From Cellulomonas sp. (GTDB taxonomy: Bacteria > Actinomycetota > Actinomycetes > Actinomycetales > Cellulomonadaceae): a stretch of DNA of 57,433 nucleotides. The translations under genes and the position numbers were made by a program. This document shows positions 9,121-18,180 of the stretch, piece by piece. The notes under the pieces were generated by a model. The model saw nothing but the letters and a program-made list of their open reading frames with translations. It was not told where the DNA came from and made no database searches. The DNA lies in NCBI GenBank assembly GCA_022013895.1, contig JAKLPK010000057.1, forward strand, positions 1 through 57,433, written 5' to 3'. Each line of letters opens with the position of its first letter. The stretch's first letter is position 1.

Positions 9121-11517
9121 GTGGTCGGCACCGACGGGCTGTACGACGTGCTCGTCGCCGGAGGCCGACGCGCCGACCGGGTGACCCACGTCCGGCAGCT
9201 GCCGGCACGACCAGGGACGCAGGCCGACTGGCCCGCCTGGGCCGATCCGCAGCTCGTCGAGGGGTACCGCCGGCTCGGGGTCGAACGACCGTGGCTGCAC
9301 CAGGTCCAGGCGGCCGATGCCGTGTGGTCGCGCCGGCACACCGTCCTGGCGACCTCCACCGGGTCCGGCAAGTCGATGGCGTTCTGGCTCCCCGCCCTCA
9401 CCGCCGTGCGCACTGGGCTGGTCGACGGGCGGCTCGACGCATCGGAGAGGGCCGGCGTCCTCTACCTCTCGCCGACCAAGGCGCTCGCGGCCGACCAGCT
9501 CAGCGGTCTGCACCGGCTGCTCACCGCCTCCCGGACCCGGGACGTCCACGTCGCCACCTGTGACGGTGACACCGGCCGAGACGAACGCCGCTGGGTGCGT
9601 GAGCACGCCCGGGTGGTGCTCACCAACCCCGACTTCCTGCACTTCTCGATGCTGCCGGGTCACCAGCGCTGGGCGCGGCTGCTCACGGGGTTGCGGTACG
9701 TGGTGGTGGACGAGTGCCACGCCTTCCGGGGTGTGTTCGGTGCGCACGTCGCGCTGGTGCTGCGCCGCCTGCGCCGGGTGGCGGCCTCCTACGGCTGCGA
9801 CCCCACGTTCGTCCTTGCCTCGGCCACCACCTGCGACCCGGCGGTGAGCGCAGCCCGACTGATCGGCGTCGAGCCGGCGCAGGTCGAGGCGATCACGCAG
9901 GACACCGCGCCCGCCGGACGGCGGACCGTGGTGCTCTGGCAGCCGCCCGAGCTCCCGGGGCACACCGTTCTCGAGACCGGCCAGGGTGGCGCGCCGTCCG
10001 AGGACGAGCAGACCGTCGGCACCCCGGTCGAACGCCCACGCCGGACCGCGACCGCCGAGGTCGCCGATCTGCTCGCCGACCTGGTCGTGGCCGGTGCCCG
10101 CACCCTGGCCTTCACCCGCTCCCGCCGAGGCGCCGAGTCCGTCGCCACCGCCACCCGTGGCCACCTCGCGGCGGTCGATCCGGCGCTCGCCTCGTGCGTG
10201 CAGGCGTACCGCGGCGGCTATCTTCCGGAGGAGCGCCGCGAGCTGGAGCAGGCCGTCCGGTCGGGCCGGATCCGCGCGCTGGCCACGACCAACGCCCTGG
10301 AGCTCGGGGTGGACATCGCAGGCCTGGACGCCGTGCTCATCGCCGGGTTCCCGGGGACCCGGGTGTCGTGGTGGCAGCAGGCCGGGCGGGCGGGACGCGC
10401 CGGGGCCGACGGGCTGGTCACCCTCGTCGCACGCGAGGACCCGCTCGACACCTACCTCGTGCACCATCCCCAGGCCCTGCTCGACGAACCCGTCGAAGCC
10501 ACCGTCTTCGACCCCGGCAACCCGGCCGTGCTCGCCCCCCACCTGGCCGCGGCCGCCGCCGAGCTGCCACTGCGCCCCGCTGACCTCCCCCTGTTCGGCG
10601 AGCACGCCCAGGCCGTGGTCGACGAGCTCACCGACCGTGGGGTGCTGCGCCGACGGGCTGCCGGATGGTTCTGGACGCACCCCGAACCGGCCAGCACCCT
10701 CACCGATCTGCGGGGCACCGGCGGTGCACCCGTCCGTGTGGTGGAGGGTGCGACGGGGCAGGTGCTCGGCACCGTCGACCAGGCCTCGGCGGACGCGACC
10801 GTGCACACCGGGGCCGTCTACGTGCACCAGGGTGCGACATTCGTCGTCGATGCCCTGAACCTGGACGAGCACCTGGCCCTCGTCACCCGGCGCTCCGTGG
10901 ACTACGGCACCTGGGCCCGTTGGCTCACGACGACCGACGTGGTCGAGGTCGAGGTCGAACAGGCCTGGGGTCCGCTGACCTGGGCGTACGGCACCGTCGA
11001 CGTGACCAGCCAGGTGCTCGCGTTCCAACGCAAACGGCTCCCTGACCTGCAGGTGCTCGGGACCGACCAGCTCGATCTGCCGGCCCGCACCCTGCGGACC
11101 TGCGCCGTGTGGTGGACCGCACCGGCCGAGCTGCTGCTGGCCGCGGGCGTCACCGTCGAGACGGCGCCCGGTGCGCTGCACGCCGCCGAGCACGCCTCGA
11201 TCGGGCTGCTGCCCCTGCTGGCGACGTGCGACCGCTGGGACCTCGGTGGGCTGTCGACCGTGCTGCACCCCGACACGGGGCACGCCACGGTGTTCGTCCA
11301 TGACGCGTTCCCCGGAGGGGCGGGCTTCGCCCGGCGCGCGTTCGACCTGGGGCCGGTGTGGCTGGCGGCGACGCGGGACGCCATCCGCGGATGCCGATGC
11401 GCCACGGGCTGCCCGGCGTGCGTCCAGTCACCCAAGTGCGGGAACGGGAACGAGCCGCTCGACAAGGCCGCGGCCGTCCGGTTGCTGGACGCCGTGCTGG
11501 TGCACGCACCGCGCTGA
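9121..11517 (+). CDS. DEAD/DEAH-box helicase with C-terminal DUF1998 (Rv3649/SftH/MrfA-like)
   Basis: TGSGKS, DECH, SAT, QQAGRAGR, C-terminal CRCATGCPAC..KC; usual neighbour of the actinobacterial tad cluster; start approximate. Confidence 0.9.
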   Translation: MVGTDGLYDVLVAGGRRADRVTHVRQLPARPGTQADWPAWADPQLVEGYRRLGVERPWLHQVQAADAVWSRRHTVLATSTGSGKSMAFWLPALTAVRTGLVDGRLDASERAGVLYLSPTKALAADQLSGLHRLLTASRTRDVHVATCDGDTGRDERRWVREHARVVLTNPDFLHFSMLPGHQRWARLLTGLRYVVVDECHAFRGVFGAHVALVLRRLRRVAASYGCDPTFVLASATTCDPAVSAARLIGVEPAQVEAITQDTAPAGRRTVVLWQPPELPGHTVLETGQGGAPSEDEQTVGTPVERPRRTATAEVADLLADLVVAGARTLAFTRSRRGAESVATATRGHLAAVDPALASCVQAYRGGYLPEERRELEQAVRSGRIRALATTNALELGVDIAGLDAVLIAGFPGTRVSWWQQAGRAGRAGADGLVTLVAREDPLDTYLVHHPQALLDEPVEATVFDPGNPAVLAPHLAAAAAELPLRPADLPLFGEHAQAVVDELTDRGVLRRRAAGWFWTHPEPASTLTDLRGTGGAPVRVVEGATGQVLGTVDQASADATVHTGAVYVHQGATFVVDALNLDEHLALVTRRSVDYGTWARWLTTTDVVEVEVEQAWGPLTWAYGTVDVTSQVLAFQRKRLPDLQVLGTDQLDLPARTLRTCAVWWTAPAELLLAAGVTVETAPGALHAAEHASIGLLPLLATCDRWDLGGLSTVLHPDTGHATVFVHDAFPGGAGFARRAFDLGPVWLAATRDAIRGCRCATGCPACVQSPKCGNGNEPLDKAAAVRLLDAVLVHAPR

Positions 11518-11544
11518 ACCGCCCGGAGTCGAGGCCCCTACCGT

Positions 11545-12057
11545 TCACGGTTCTCGCGCCGAACGAGGCCCGGCCCTGGCCACCGCAGTCGCGTCCCCGA
11601 ACGGGGTCCGACTCGCGACCTGGACCTCGAGCACCTGCGGGCGGACCTGCGCGCAGGACGAGACCGCCGCCTGGTTGCGGGTCGCCACATGCTCGGCCAG
11701 CTCGCACGAGGCGCTGATCCCGGCCGATGCGACCAACCGTGAAGCCCCGGCGAGCGCCGCCAGATCGGCCGCACCCTGAGCCTGGGCGCGCGCCGCCTCG
11801 ACCTGCCCCACCGATGCGACGGCACCGGCAGCCACGAGGGCCACCGCGACCAGGGCCAGCACGAGCACCGAACCGACCCCGTCGTCCCGGGCGCCGCGAC
11901 GTCCGCCACGGACGCGGTCGGCGCAATGAGCACGGCCGCCCCCATGGCCACGGCCGGCAACGTCGTCCCGACCGGTCCGCGCCGCGCCCGTCCGGCGCCG
12001 CATCGCAGGCACCGGGTCCTCGGGACGCCCGGCGCGCACCAGACCGAGTTCGCTCAC
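11545..12057 (-). CDS. Rv3654c-family TadE/TadG-like pseudopilin
   Basis: DDGVGSVLVLALV hydrophobic segment, AQGAADLAALAGA, two Cys, ARAGP end; start inferred from GTGA overlap. Confidence 0.75.
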   Translation of the reverse strand: MSELGLVRAGRPEDPVPAMRRRTGAARTGRDDVAGRGHGGGRAHCADRVRGGRRGARDDGVGSVLVLALVAVALVAAGAVASVGQVEAARAQAQGAADLAALAGASRLVASAGISASCELAEHVATRNQAAVSSCAQVRPQVLEVQVASRTPFGDATAVARAGPRSAREP

Positions 12058-12410
12058 GGTTCCACCCAGGCCGTCGCCGAGGCCGAGGCGCGCAGCCCGC
12101 GGGCCGGACCGGTATCGACCACCGGCACCTGCACGGACACCACCACCCAGCCGTCGTCCTGCCGCTCGATCGACACCGACGCATCGGCACCCGCCACCCG
12201 GGTCACGGTCGACCGGACCGCCGCGTCGTCCTGCCCGATCGAGGCCGCGCGGGCGCCTGCCCGGGCCGCATCCGTGCACCGCACCCGTGCGACCGACGCG
12301 GCCCCGGCCGCCAGGATGACCGCCAGCACGGCGACCACCGCGATCAGCCCGATCGCGAGCTCAGCCGTCACGGCGCCGCGGTCGGCGCCGGCGAGCGCCC
12401 GAGGTCTCAT
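12054..12410 (-). CDS. TadE-family minor pilin
   Basis: DRG/AVTAELA prepilin motif, C.DAARAGAR; ATGA overlap with pilin stop. Confidence 0.85.
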   Translation of the reverse strand: MRPRALAGADRGAVTAELAIGLIAVVAVLAVILAAGAASVARVRCTDAARAGARAASIGQDDAAVRSTVTRVAGADASVSIERQDDGWVVVSVQVPVVDTGPARGLRASASATAWVEP

Positions 12411-12688
12411 GCGGAGAGCGCCGTGCGGATGATGCCGACCAGCAGGTCGCGCACCTCGCCGCTCTTCAGGATCACCAGGAGCAGCCCGGCGAAGCCGACC
12501 GCGGCGAGGGTGACGATCGCGTACTCGGCCGTGGCCATCCCCGCATCGCCCAGCGAGTCCCGCGTCCGCGCGAGGTGGGCGACACATCGACGGCCGAGGC
12601 GGCGGCTCCGCCCCGAGCCCCGCTGCGCGACGGCGCGCGACCCTCGCAGTCGCAGGTTCACCGATCGACGGATGGGCTTCATGCGCAT
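12407..12688 (-). CDS. DUF4244 Flp-type major pilin
   Basis: DAG/MATAEYA motif followed by hydrophobic helix; GAGGAG RBS. Confidence 0.85.
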   Translation of the reverse strand: MRMKPIRRSVNLRLRGSRAVAQRGSGRSRRLGRRCVAHLARTRDSLGDAGMATAEYAIVTLAAVGFAGLLLVILKSGEVRDLLVGIIRTALSA

Positions 12689-12740
12689 GGTTGCTCCTCG
12701 TGGTCGAGTGCCCGGCGCCGTGCCGGTTCCACCAGCCTGT

Positions 12741-12775
12741 GTCCCGGGTCCCGTCCGCCGCCGCGGACCCGGGAC
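12741..12775. other. intra-operon hairpin upstream of pilin gene
   Basis: GTCCCGGGTCC / GGACCCGGGAC 11-bp stem. Confidence 0.5.
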
Positions 12776-12855
12776 GCAGCGCGGATGCGACGACGGCGAC
12801 GACGGCTGGGGACCGCTCGCGTCCGACGATGCGGGTGCCCGAGGCGGACCGGATC

Positions 12856-13389
12856 TCAGCCGAGCATCGGCCCCGCCAACGAGAGCACCACGGGCACCAG
12901 GCCCAGGAGCACGAAGGACGGCAGGTAGCACAGCCCCAGCGGCAGGACGAGCCGCGATCCCAGCGCACCGGCGGCCTCTCGTGCGGCGGCCCGTCGACGA
13001 CCGCGGTGCTGGTCGGCCGCCACCTGGAGCAGCGCCCCCGGCGCCGCACCCGCCTCCCAGGCATCACGAAGACCCGCTGCGACGATCTCGACCCCGGCCG
13101 GCGCACCGCTCCACGCCTCGTCCCAGGAAGCCCCGAGCTCCAGCCGGGCGCCCGCACGTACGAGCTGATGACCGAGCACCCCGCCCAGCGCCGCACCGAC
13201 CACCCGCACCGCGCGGGGCACCGGCGCACCGGCCGCCGTCGCCGCACCGAGCAGGGCGATGACGAGGGCCGGGTCCGCGACCGACGGGACCGGCTCCGGC
13301 GGCGGCGCTTGCTTCCACGGTCGGCGCCGCACCGTCCAGGGCAGGACGGCGAGTGCGATCAGCCCGGCGGCGAGCACGAGCCCGCTCAT
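12856..13389 (-). CDS. TadC-like type II secretion F-family membrane protein
   Basis: LVLPLGLCYLPSFVLLGLVP; ATGA overlap. Confidence 0.82.
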   Translation of the reverse strand: MSGLVLAAGLIALAVLPWTVRRRPWKQAPPPEPVPSVADPALVIALLGAATAAGAPVPRAVRVVGAALGGVLGHQLVRAGARLELGASWDEAWSGAPAGVEIVAAGLRDAWEAGAAPGALLQVAADQHRGRRRAAAREAAGALGSRLVLPLGLCYLPSFVLLGLVPVVLSLAGPMLG

Positions 13390-14063
13390 CGTCCTGCTTC
13401 GCGGGCATGACGGACCAGGGTCGCGGTCCACCACCGACCGCAGCCCAGCGCCAGCAGCCCGGCGACCCCGGCCGCCGTGCCCGGACCACCCGAGGTCAGC
13501 ACCCCGATCGGGTCGCCGCCGATGGCCAGTCCGAGCAGCAGCCCCAGGACGGGCAACCAGCCGACCACCCGGGCACTGGCCCGGGGACCGGCGAGCGCCG
13601 CCCCGATCTCGGCCTCCGCCTCGGCATCGGCGGCAAGGGCGCCCGCCACGAGGTCGAGCGTGGGCGCCAACGGTGCGCCGAGCTCGTCGGCGACCCGGCA
13701 GGCGGCCAGCACCACCGCGACCCGACCGTCGTGCACCGCGGTGCCGCGACCGGCGCCCGCGAAGCGTCCGGACACCACCGCCCGACGCACCCGCAGCAGC
13801 CCCGTCCGGTCGGGGGCCGCGAGCTGGTGCGGCTGCGGTACGCCACCGCTCACCGGCGTCCCGAGCACCGCGGACCAGGCCTGGTCCGGTGAGTGCCCGG
13901 ACCGCAGCCGCGCCGCCACCGCCGTGACGACCTGCGCGAGGTCACCGACCGCGGGCGTCCGGCCGGACGGGACCGGGCGATCTGCGCGGGTGTCGAGTCG
14001 GCTGCGCGGACCGACCGCGGCGAGGACGAGCAGACCCGTCAGGACCGCCGTCAGCCAGATCAC
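13386..14063 (-). CDS. TadB-like type II secretion F-family membrane protein
   Basis: LRSG.SP..AW, GAPLA..L, ALAGPRASARVVGWLP. Confidence 0.82.
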   Translation of the reverse strand: MIWLTAVLTGLLVLAAVGPRSRLDTRADRPVPSGRTPAVGDLAQVVTAVAARLRSGHSPDQAWSAVLGTPVSGGVPQPHQLAAPDRTGLLRVRRAVVSGRFAGAGRGTAVHDGRVAVVLAACRVADELGAPLAPTLDLVAGALAADAEAEAEIGAALAGPRASARVVGWLPVLGLLLGLAIGGDPIGVLTSGGPGTAAGVAGLLALGCGRWWTATLVRHAREAGR

Positions 14064-15415
14064 CCGTCACCGGCCCGGCCTGCGGTCGCTGTCCGCAGGT
14101 GGGTCACCGTGGCTGGAGACCCGTCGTGCCCGACGCCGAGCCGTTCGGCGAGCGCCGGCCACCCCGACCCTCGGCTCATGCGTCCGTCCGCCGACACCGC
14201 GACGGCCACCTGCACCTCGAGCTCGCCCGATGCGCGGCGACCGACCACCCCGATCTCGGCCAGGTAGCGCCGACCGCGGTCCGGACCGTCCCGGCGCAGG
14301 TGCAGCACGGCGTCGAAGGCGCTCGACGCCTGTGCCGCGAGCGCCTCGCGAGTCAGCCCGGCGAGGGCTGCGAGCGCCTCCAGCCGGGCCGGGACGTCGG
14401 CCGCGGCGTTGGCGTGCATGGTCGCGCAGCCGCCCTCGTGCCCGGTGTTGAGCGCCGCGAGCACCTCACGCACCTCACCGCCGCGGCACTCCCCCAGCAC
14501 GATCCGGTCGGGTCGCATCCGCAACGCGTGCCGTACCAGCGTCGGCAGGTCGACGGCACCCGCCCCCTCGACGTTCACGCCGCGGGTCGCCAGGTGCACG
14601 ACGTGCGGGTGGTCCACCACCAGCTCGGGCTGCTCCTCGATGAGCACGATCCGCTGGTCCGGTGCGACCAGGGCGAGCAGCGCGCCGAGCAGCGTCGTCT
14701 TGCCCGAACCGGTCGCGCCGGTCACCAACAGGTTCGCCCGCCGTTCGACGAGGGCGGTGAGCAGCGGCCCGAGCCGCGGCGCCACCGTCCCGGCGGCCGT
14801 GAGCTCGGCCAGGCTGAACGGCCGCGGGCGCACGACCCGCAGGCTCAGCACGGTGCAGGGCCCGGCGAGCGGCGGCAGGAGCGCGTGGAGCCGCGTGCCG
14901 TCGGGCAGCCGGGCGTCGACCGCGGGGCTCGCATCGTCGAGCCGTCGACCGGCGGTGGCCGCGAGCCGCACCGCGAGCGTGCGCACATCGCCCGGGGTGC
15001 CGAGGTCGAGCTGGACCCGGACCAGTTCCCCGGCCCGTTCGACCCACACCTGCCGCGGGCCGTTGACCAGGACGTCGGTGACCAGCGGGTCGTCCAGCCA
15101 CGGCTGCAACGGGCCGGCACCGAGCACCTCGTCGCATACGACACGCACGGTCCCGGCCAGGGCACGGGGACCGACGAGCTGGCCGCGGGCCTGCAGCACC
15201 GCGACGACCGCATCGCCCACGTCCTCGGCGGCCGGAGCCGGGCCGAGCCGCGCACGGACGGCCGCCACGACCTCCGGCCGCACGCGTCCCGTCTCGTCCG
15301 GGACGCGTGCGATCGACCGGGGCCCGTCACCACGGGACACCCCGGAGGCGCGTTCCGCGAGGTCGTGGGGCACCGCCCGGGCCGACGACCCGCTCCACCC
15401 CGCCGACCCGGTCAC
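14060..15415 (-). CDS. tadA: TadA/CpaF pilus assembly ATPase
   Basis: GATGSGKTT Walker A, LRMRPDRIVLGECRG, NTGHEG; start uncertain. Confidence 0.9.
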   Translation of the reverse strand: MTGSAGWSGSSARAVPHDLAERASGVSRGDGPRSIARVPDETGRVRPEVVAAVRARLGPAPAAEDVGDAVVAVLQARGQLVGPRALAGTVRVVCDEVLGAGPLQPWLDDPLVTDVLVNGPRQVWVERAGELVRVQLDLGTPGDVRTLAVRLAATAGRRLDDASPAVDARLPDGTRLHALLPPLAGPCTVLSLRVVRPRPFSLAELTAAGTVAPRLGPLLTALVERRANLLVTGATGSGKTTLLGALLALVAPDQRIVLIEEQPELVVDHPHVVHLATRGVNVEGAGAVDLPTLVRHALRMRPDRIVLGECRGGEVREVLAALNTGHEGGCATMHANAAADVPARLEALAALAGLTREALAAQASSAFDAVLHLRRDGPDRGRRYLAEIGVVGRRASGELEVQVAVAVSADGRMSRGSGWPALAERLGVGHDGSPATVTHLRTATAGRAGDG

Positions 15416-16131
15416 GCCGCCCGCCCGCCGAGCACGGTCGCCGCGACCTGGGCGGCGGCCCGCGCGGTGCGCCCACGCATGCCGAGCGCACCGCGTTCTG
15501 CGCTCGCGGCCAGGCCCCGTTCGTAGGGGCTGCGGCACAGCACCGGAAGGTCGACGGCCTGCGCGACCTCGGCCACGGAGAGCCCACCGGGAGCCGGGCC
15601 ACGGACGGCCAGACCGGTCCGGGCGAGCGCAGGGCCGAGCGCAGGGCGGAGCGCGAGTGCACCACCGACCGAGCCGAGGTCGCGACCGACCACGAGCACC
15701 AGGAGGTCGCACAGCGCGACGGGTGCGCGACCGGCCAGGACATCGGTCCGGTCGAGGTCGAGCACGAGGGAACCGGCGGCCGGGCCGAGGGCCGCGACCA
15801 GGTCCTCGACCGCCGCCGGGTCGGGGGCCGCAGGTCGGCGGCGGTCGGACGAGAGCACCGCGCACGCACCCCAGCGCGGCAGCACGTCCAGCACCTGCTC
15901 GCCGGGCAGCTCACCCGCGCCGGTCAGATCGGGCCAGCGGGGTCCCGGCCGGTCCTCGAGGCCCAGCAGCACGTCGAGCCCGCCCCCGCTGCCCAGATCG
16001 ACGAGTGCGGTGGCCGTGCGACGGGCGAGCCGGCCCGCGAGGAGCGCGGCGAAGGTCGACGCTCCGACGCCCCCGCGCGTCCCGAGCACGCCGACGACCA
16101 CCGCGCCTGTGCCGGAACCACCCATCACCAT
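15412..16131 (-). CDS. ssd: Ssd/CpaE-like (Rv3660c-family) MinD-type protein, short form
   Basis: GTRGGVGAST deviant Walker A; GGGLDVLLGLE..G.RWPDL; first gene of tad operon. Confidence 0.78.
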   Translation of the reverse strand: MVMGGSGTGAVVVGVLGTRGGVGASTFAALLAGRLARRTATALVDLGSGGGLDVLLGLEDRPGPRWPDLTGAGELPGEQVLDVLPRWGACAVLSSDRRRPAAPDPAAVEDLVAALGPAAGSLVLDLDRTDVLAGRAPVALCDLLVLVVGRDLGSVGGALALRPALGPALARTGLAVRGPAPGGLSVAEVAQAVDLPVLCRSPYERGLAASAERGALGMRGRTARAAAQVAATVLGGRAA

Positions 16132-16384
16132 CTCCCCGTCCGTGTGCCGTGACCGGTGCCGAGGTTGCCCGAACCGGACCTCACGCCCCGAGGTCGGGGA
16201 CGGGACCGTGCAGGGTCCGACGACTCGCCGGGCTGGGGACGGCCCGCGCTGCGCCCGGGCGTGGGGCCTCGCGTCCCACATGCTGGCGTCACGTCCCGCC
16301 ATCCGGCCCGAATCACCTGTCTGCACCAACCGGCGGGTCACGGGCTCTTCCCAACGACCCCCGACAGGGGTACCAATGGTGAGA

Positions 16385-16540
16385 CAACTTCATGGTTCGC
16401 GGGAACCCACGCGCAGGCTGACCCACTGATGGGCGGGCCGACCGGGCTGGTCCCGTAGCGGCCGACGAGGCGCACGCTTGATCACCCGCGAACCCGAGGT
16501 TTCGAACGGCGGCACCCGACGACGGGGGCCGCCGTTCTCC
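16385..16540 (+). ncRNA. Ms1-like RNA (actinobacterial RNA-polymerase-binding sRNA candidate)
   Basis: Syntenic position divergent from ssd; AACCCACGC and GCACGCTTG motifs recalled from Ms1; long-range stem GGTTCGCGGG (16394-16403) / CCCGCGAACC (16485-16494); 3' hairpin GAACGGCGGC / GCCGCCGTTC (16504-16537); ends approximate. Confidence 0.6.
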
Positions 16541-16594
16541 GTGCGGCCCGGTTCTCCGTGCGGCCCGGTTCATCGCACGGCCCGGTTCTCCGCA
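16534..16594 (+). repeat. 17-bp tandem repeat, about 3.5 copies
   Basis: GTTCTCCGTGCGGCCCG / GTTCTCCGTGCGGCCCG / GTTCATCGCACGGCCCG / GTTCTCCGCA. Confidence 0.7.
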
Positions 16595-16647
16595 CACCAG
16601 CGCAGCACCGCCCCCGGCCGAGCCCTCACCGGGGTCACAATGGCCCC

Positions 16648-18087
16648 GTGTCAGCGCCGAGCGTCTCCAATGCCATCACCGCACGCCTGCAGGTGCAGGC
16701 CCGTCCGACAGCGGTGTCGGAGGTGACCACGGCCATCGAGCACGCCGGCGGCCTCGTCACCGCCCTCGACGTGGCCGGCTCCGGCAACGAGCAGATCCTG
16801 GTGGACGTCACCTGTGCCACCCGCGACGACGAGCACGCCGCGCAGATCGTCGAGGTGCTCACCGCACTGCCGGGCGTGAGCATCGGACGGGTGAGCGACC
16901 GCACCTTCGCCCTGCACCTGGGCGGCAAGCTGGCGATCGAGGCGAAGGCCCCGCTGCGCAACCGCGAGGACCTGTCGATGGCGTACACCCCGGGTGTGGC
17001 CCGGGTGTGCGAGGCCATCGCGGCCAACCCCGAGGAGGCCCGGCGCCTGACGATCAAGCACAACATGATCGCGGTGGTCACCGACGGCACCGCCGTGCTG
17101 GGCCTGGGCAACATCGGCCCGCTCGCCGCGCTGCCGGTGATGGAGGGCAAGGCCGTCCTGTTCAAGCGGTTCGCCGACATCGACGCGTTCCCGATCTGCC
17201 TGGACACCACGGACGTCGACCAGATCGTCGAGACCGTCGTGGCGATCGCACCGGTGTTCGCCGGGATCAACCTGGAGGACATCTCGGCCCCGCGCTGCTT
17301 CGAGGTCGAGCGCCGGCTGCGCGAGCGCCTCGACATCCCCGTCTTCCACGACGACCAGCACGGCACTGCGATCGTCGTGGTCGCCGCGCTGCTCAACGCC
17401 CTCAAGGTCGTCGGCAAGCGGATCGAGGACGTGCGCGTGGTGCTGTCCGGGGCCGGGGCCGCCGGTTCGGCCGTGCTCGGCCTGCTGCTGGCCGCGGGGG
17501 TGGACGACGTGGTGGTCGGCGACATCGAGGGCGTCGTCCACACCGGGCGTCCCGGGCTCACGCCGAGCCTGGAGAAGACCGCGTCGATCACCAACCCACG
17601 CGGGGTGACGGGGTCCATCGCCGATGCGCTGGTCGGGGCCGATGTGTTCATCGGCGTGAGCGCCCCCGACGTCATCACCGGCGCCGACGTGCAACGGATG
17701 GCCCCCGACTCGATCGTGTTCGCGCTGGCCAACCCGCGCCCCGAGGTCGACCCGGACGAGGCCGCGAAGTACGCGGCTGTGGTCGGCACAGGCCGCAGCG
17801 ACCATGCGAACCAGATCAACAACGTGCTGGCGTTCCCCGGAGTGTTCCGGGGGCTGCTGGACGCCCAGTCCCGCACGGTCACCGACGGGATGCTGCTGGC
17901 GGCGGCCCGCGCCCTGGCCTCGGTGGTGAGCGACACGGAGCTCAACCCCACCTACATCGTGCCGTCGGTCTTCAACCCCGATGTGACCCCGGTGGTCGCC
18001 AAGGCCGTGGAACGCGCCGCGATGCTCGCCGACTCGACCCTGGTCGACGGGACCCCGTGGCCGTTCGCGCCACGGTTCCGGGGGTAG
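16648..18087 (+). CDS. NAD(P)-dependent malic enzyme with N-terminal ACT domain
   Basis: [43 protein letters not shown]; CACAAT -10 just upstream suggests leaderless GTG start. Confidence 0.92.
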   Translation: MSAPSVSNAITARLQVQARPTAVSEVTTAIEHAGGLVTALDVAGSGNEQILVDVTCATRDDEHAAQIVEVLTALPGVSIGRVSDRTFALHLGGKLAIEAKAPLRNREDLSMAYTPGVARVCEAIAANPEEARRLTIKHNMIAVVTDGTAVLGLGNIGPLAALPVMEGKAVLFKRFADIDAFPICLDTTDVDQIVETVVAIAPVFAGINLEDISAPRCFEVERRLRERLDIPVFHDDQHGTAIVVVAALLNALKVVGKRIEDVRVVLSGAGAAGSAVLGLLLAAGVDDVVVGDIEGVVHTGRPGLTPSLEKTASITNPRGVTGSIADALVGADVFIGVSAPDVITGADVQRMAPDSIVFALANPRPEVDPDEAAKYAAVVGTGRSDHANQINNVLAFPGVFRGLLDAQSRTVTDGMLLAAARALASVVSDTELNPTYIVPSVFNPDVTPVVAKAVERAAMLADSTLVDGTPWPFAPRFRG

Positions 18088-18180
18088 TGCCCCGCGGGAC
18101 ACCCGGGCCTGTGGACAACCGCCCGCAGACGGCACCGCCGCCACCCTAGGGTGCGGCGGTCGTCGATCTCAGGGGGAGCA

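Noticed and set aside
9121-11517. DUF1998 helicase as part of a DISARM/Druantia defence system
   Set aside because: No methylase, PLD nuclease or partner genes; occupies the usual housekeeping position beside the tad locus
11545-16131. Tad/ATPase cluster as a conjugative or mobile element
   Set aside because: Gene order matches the core actinobacterial Rv3654c-Rv3660c locus; no integrase, relaxase or att sites seen
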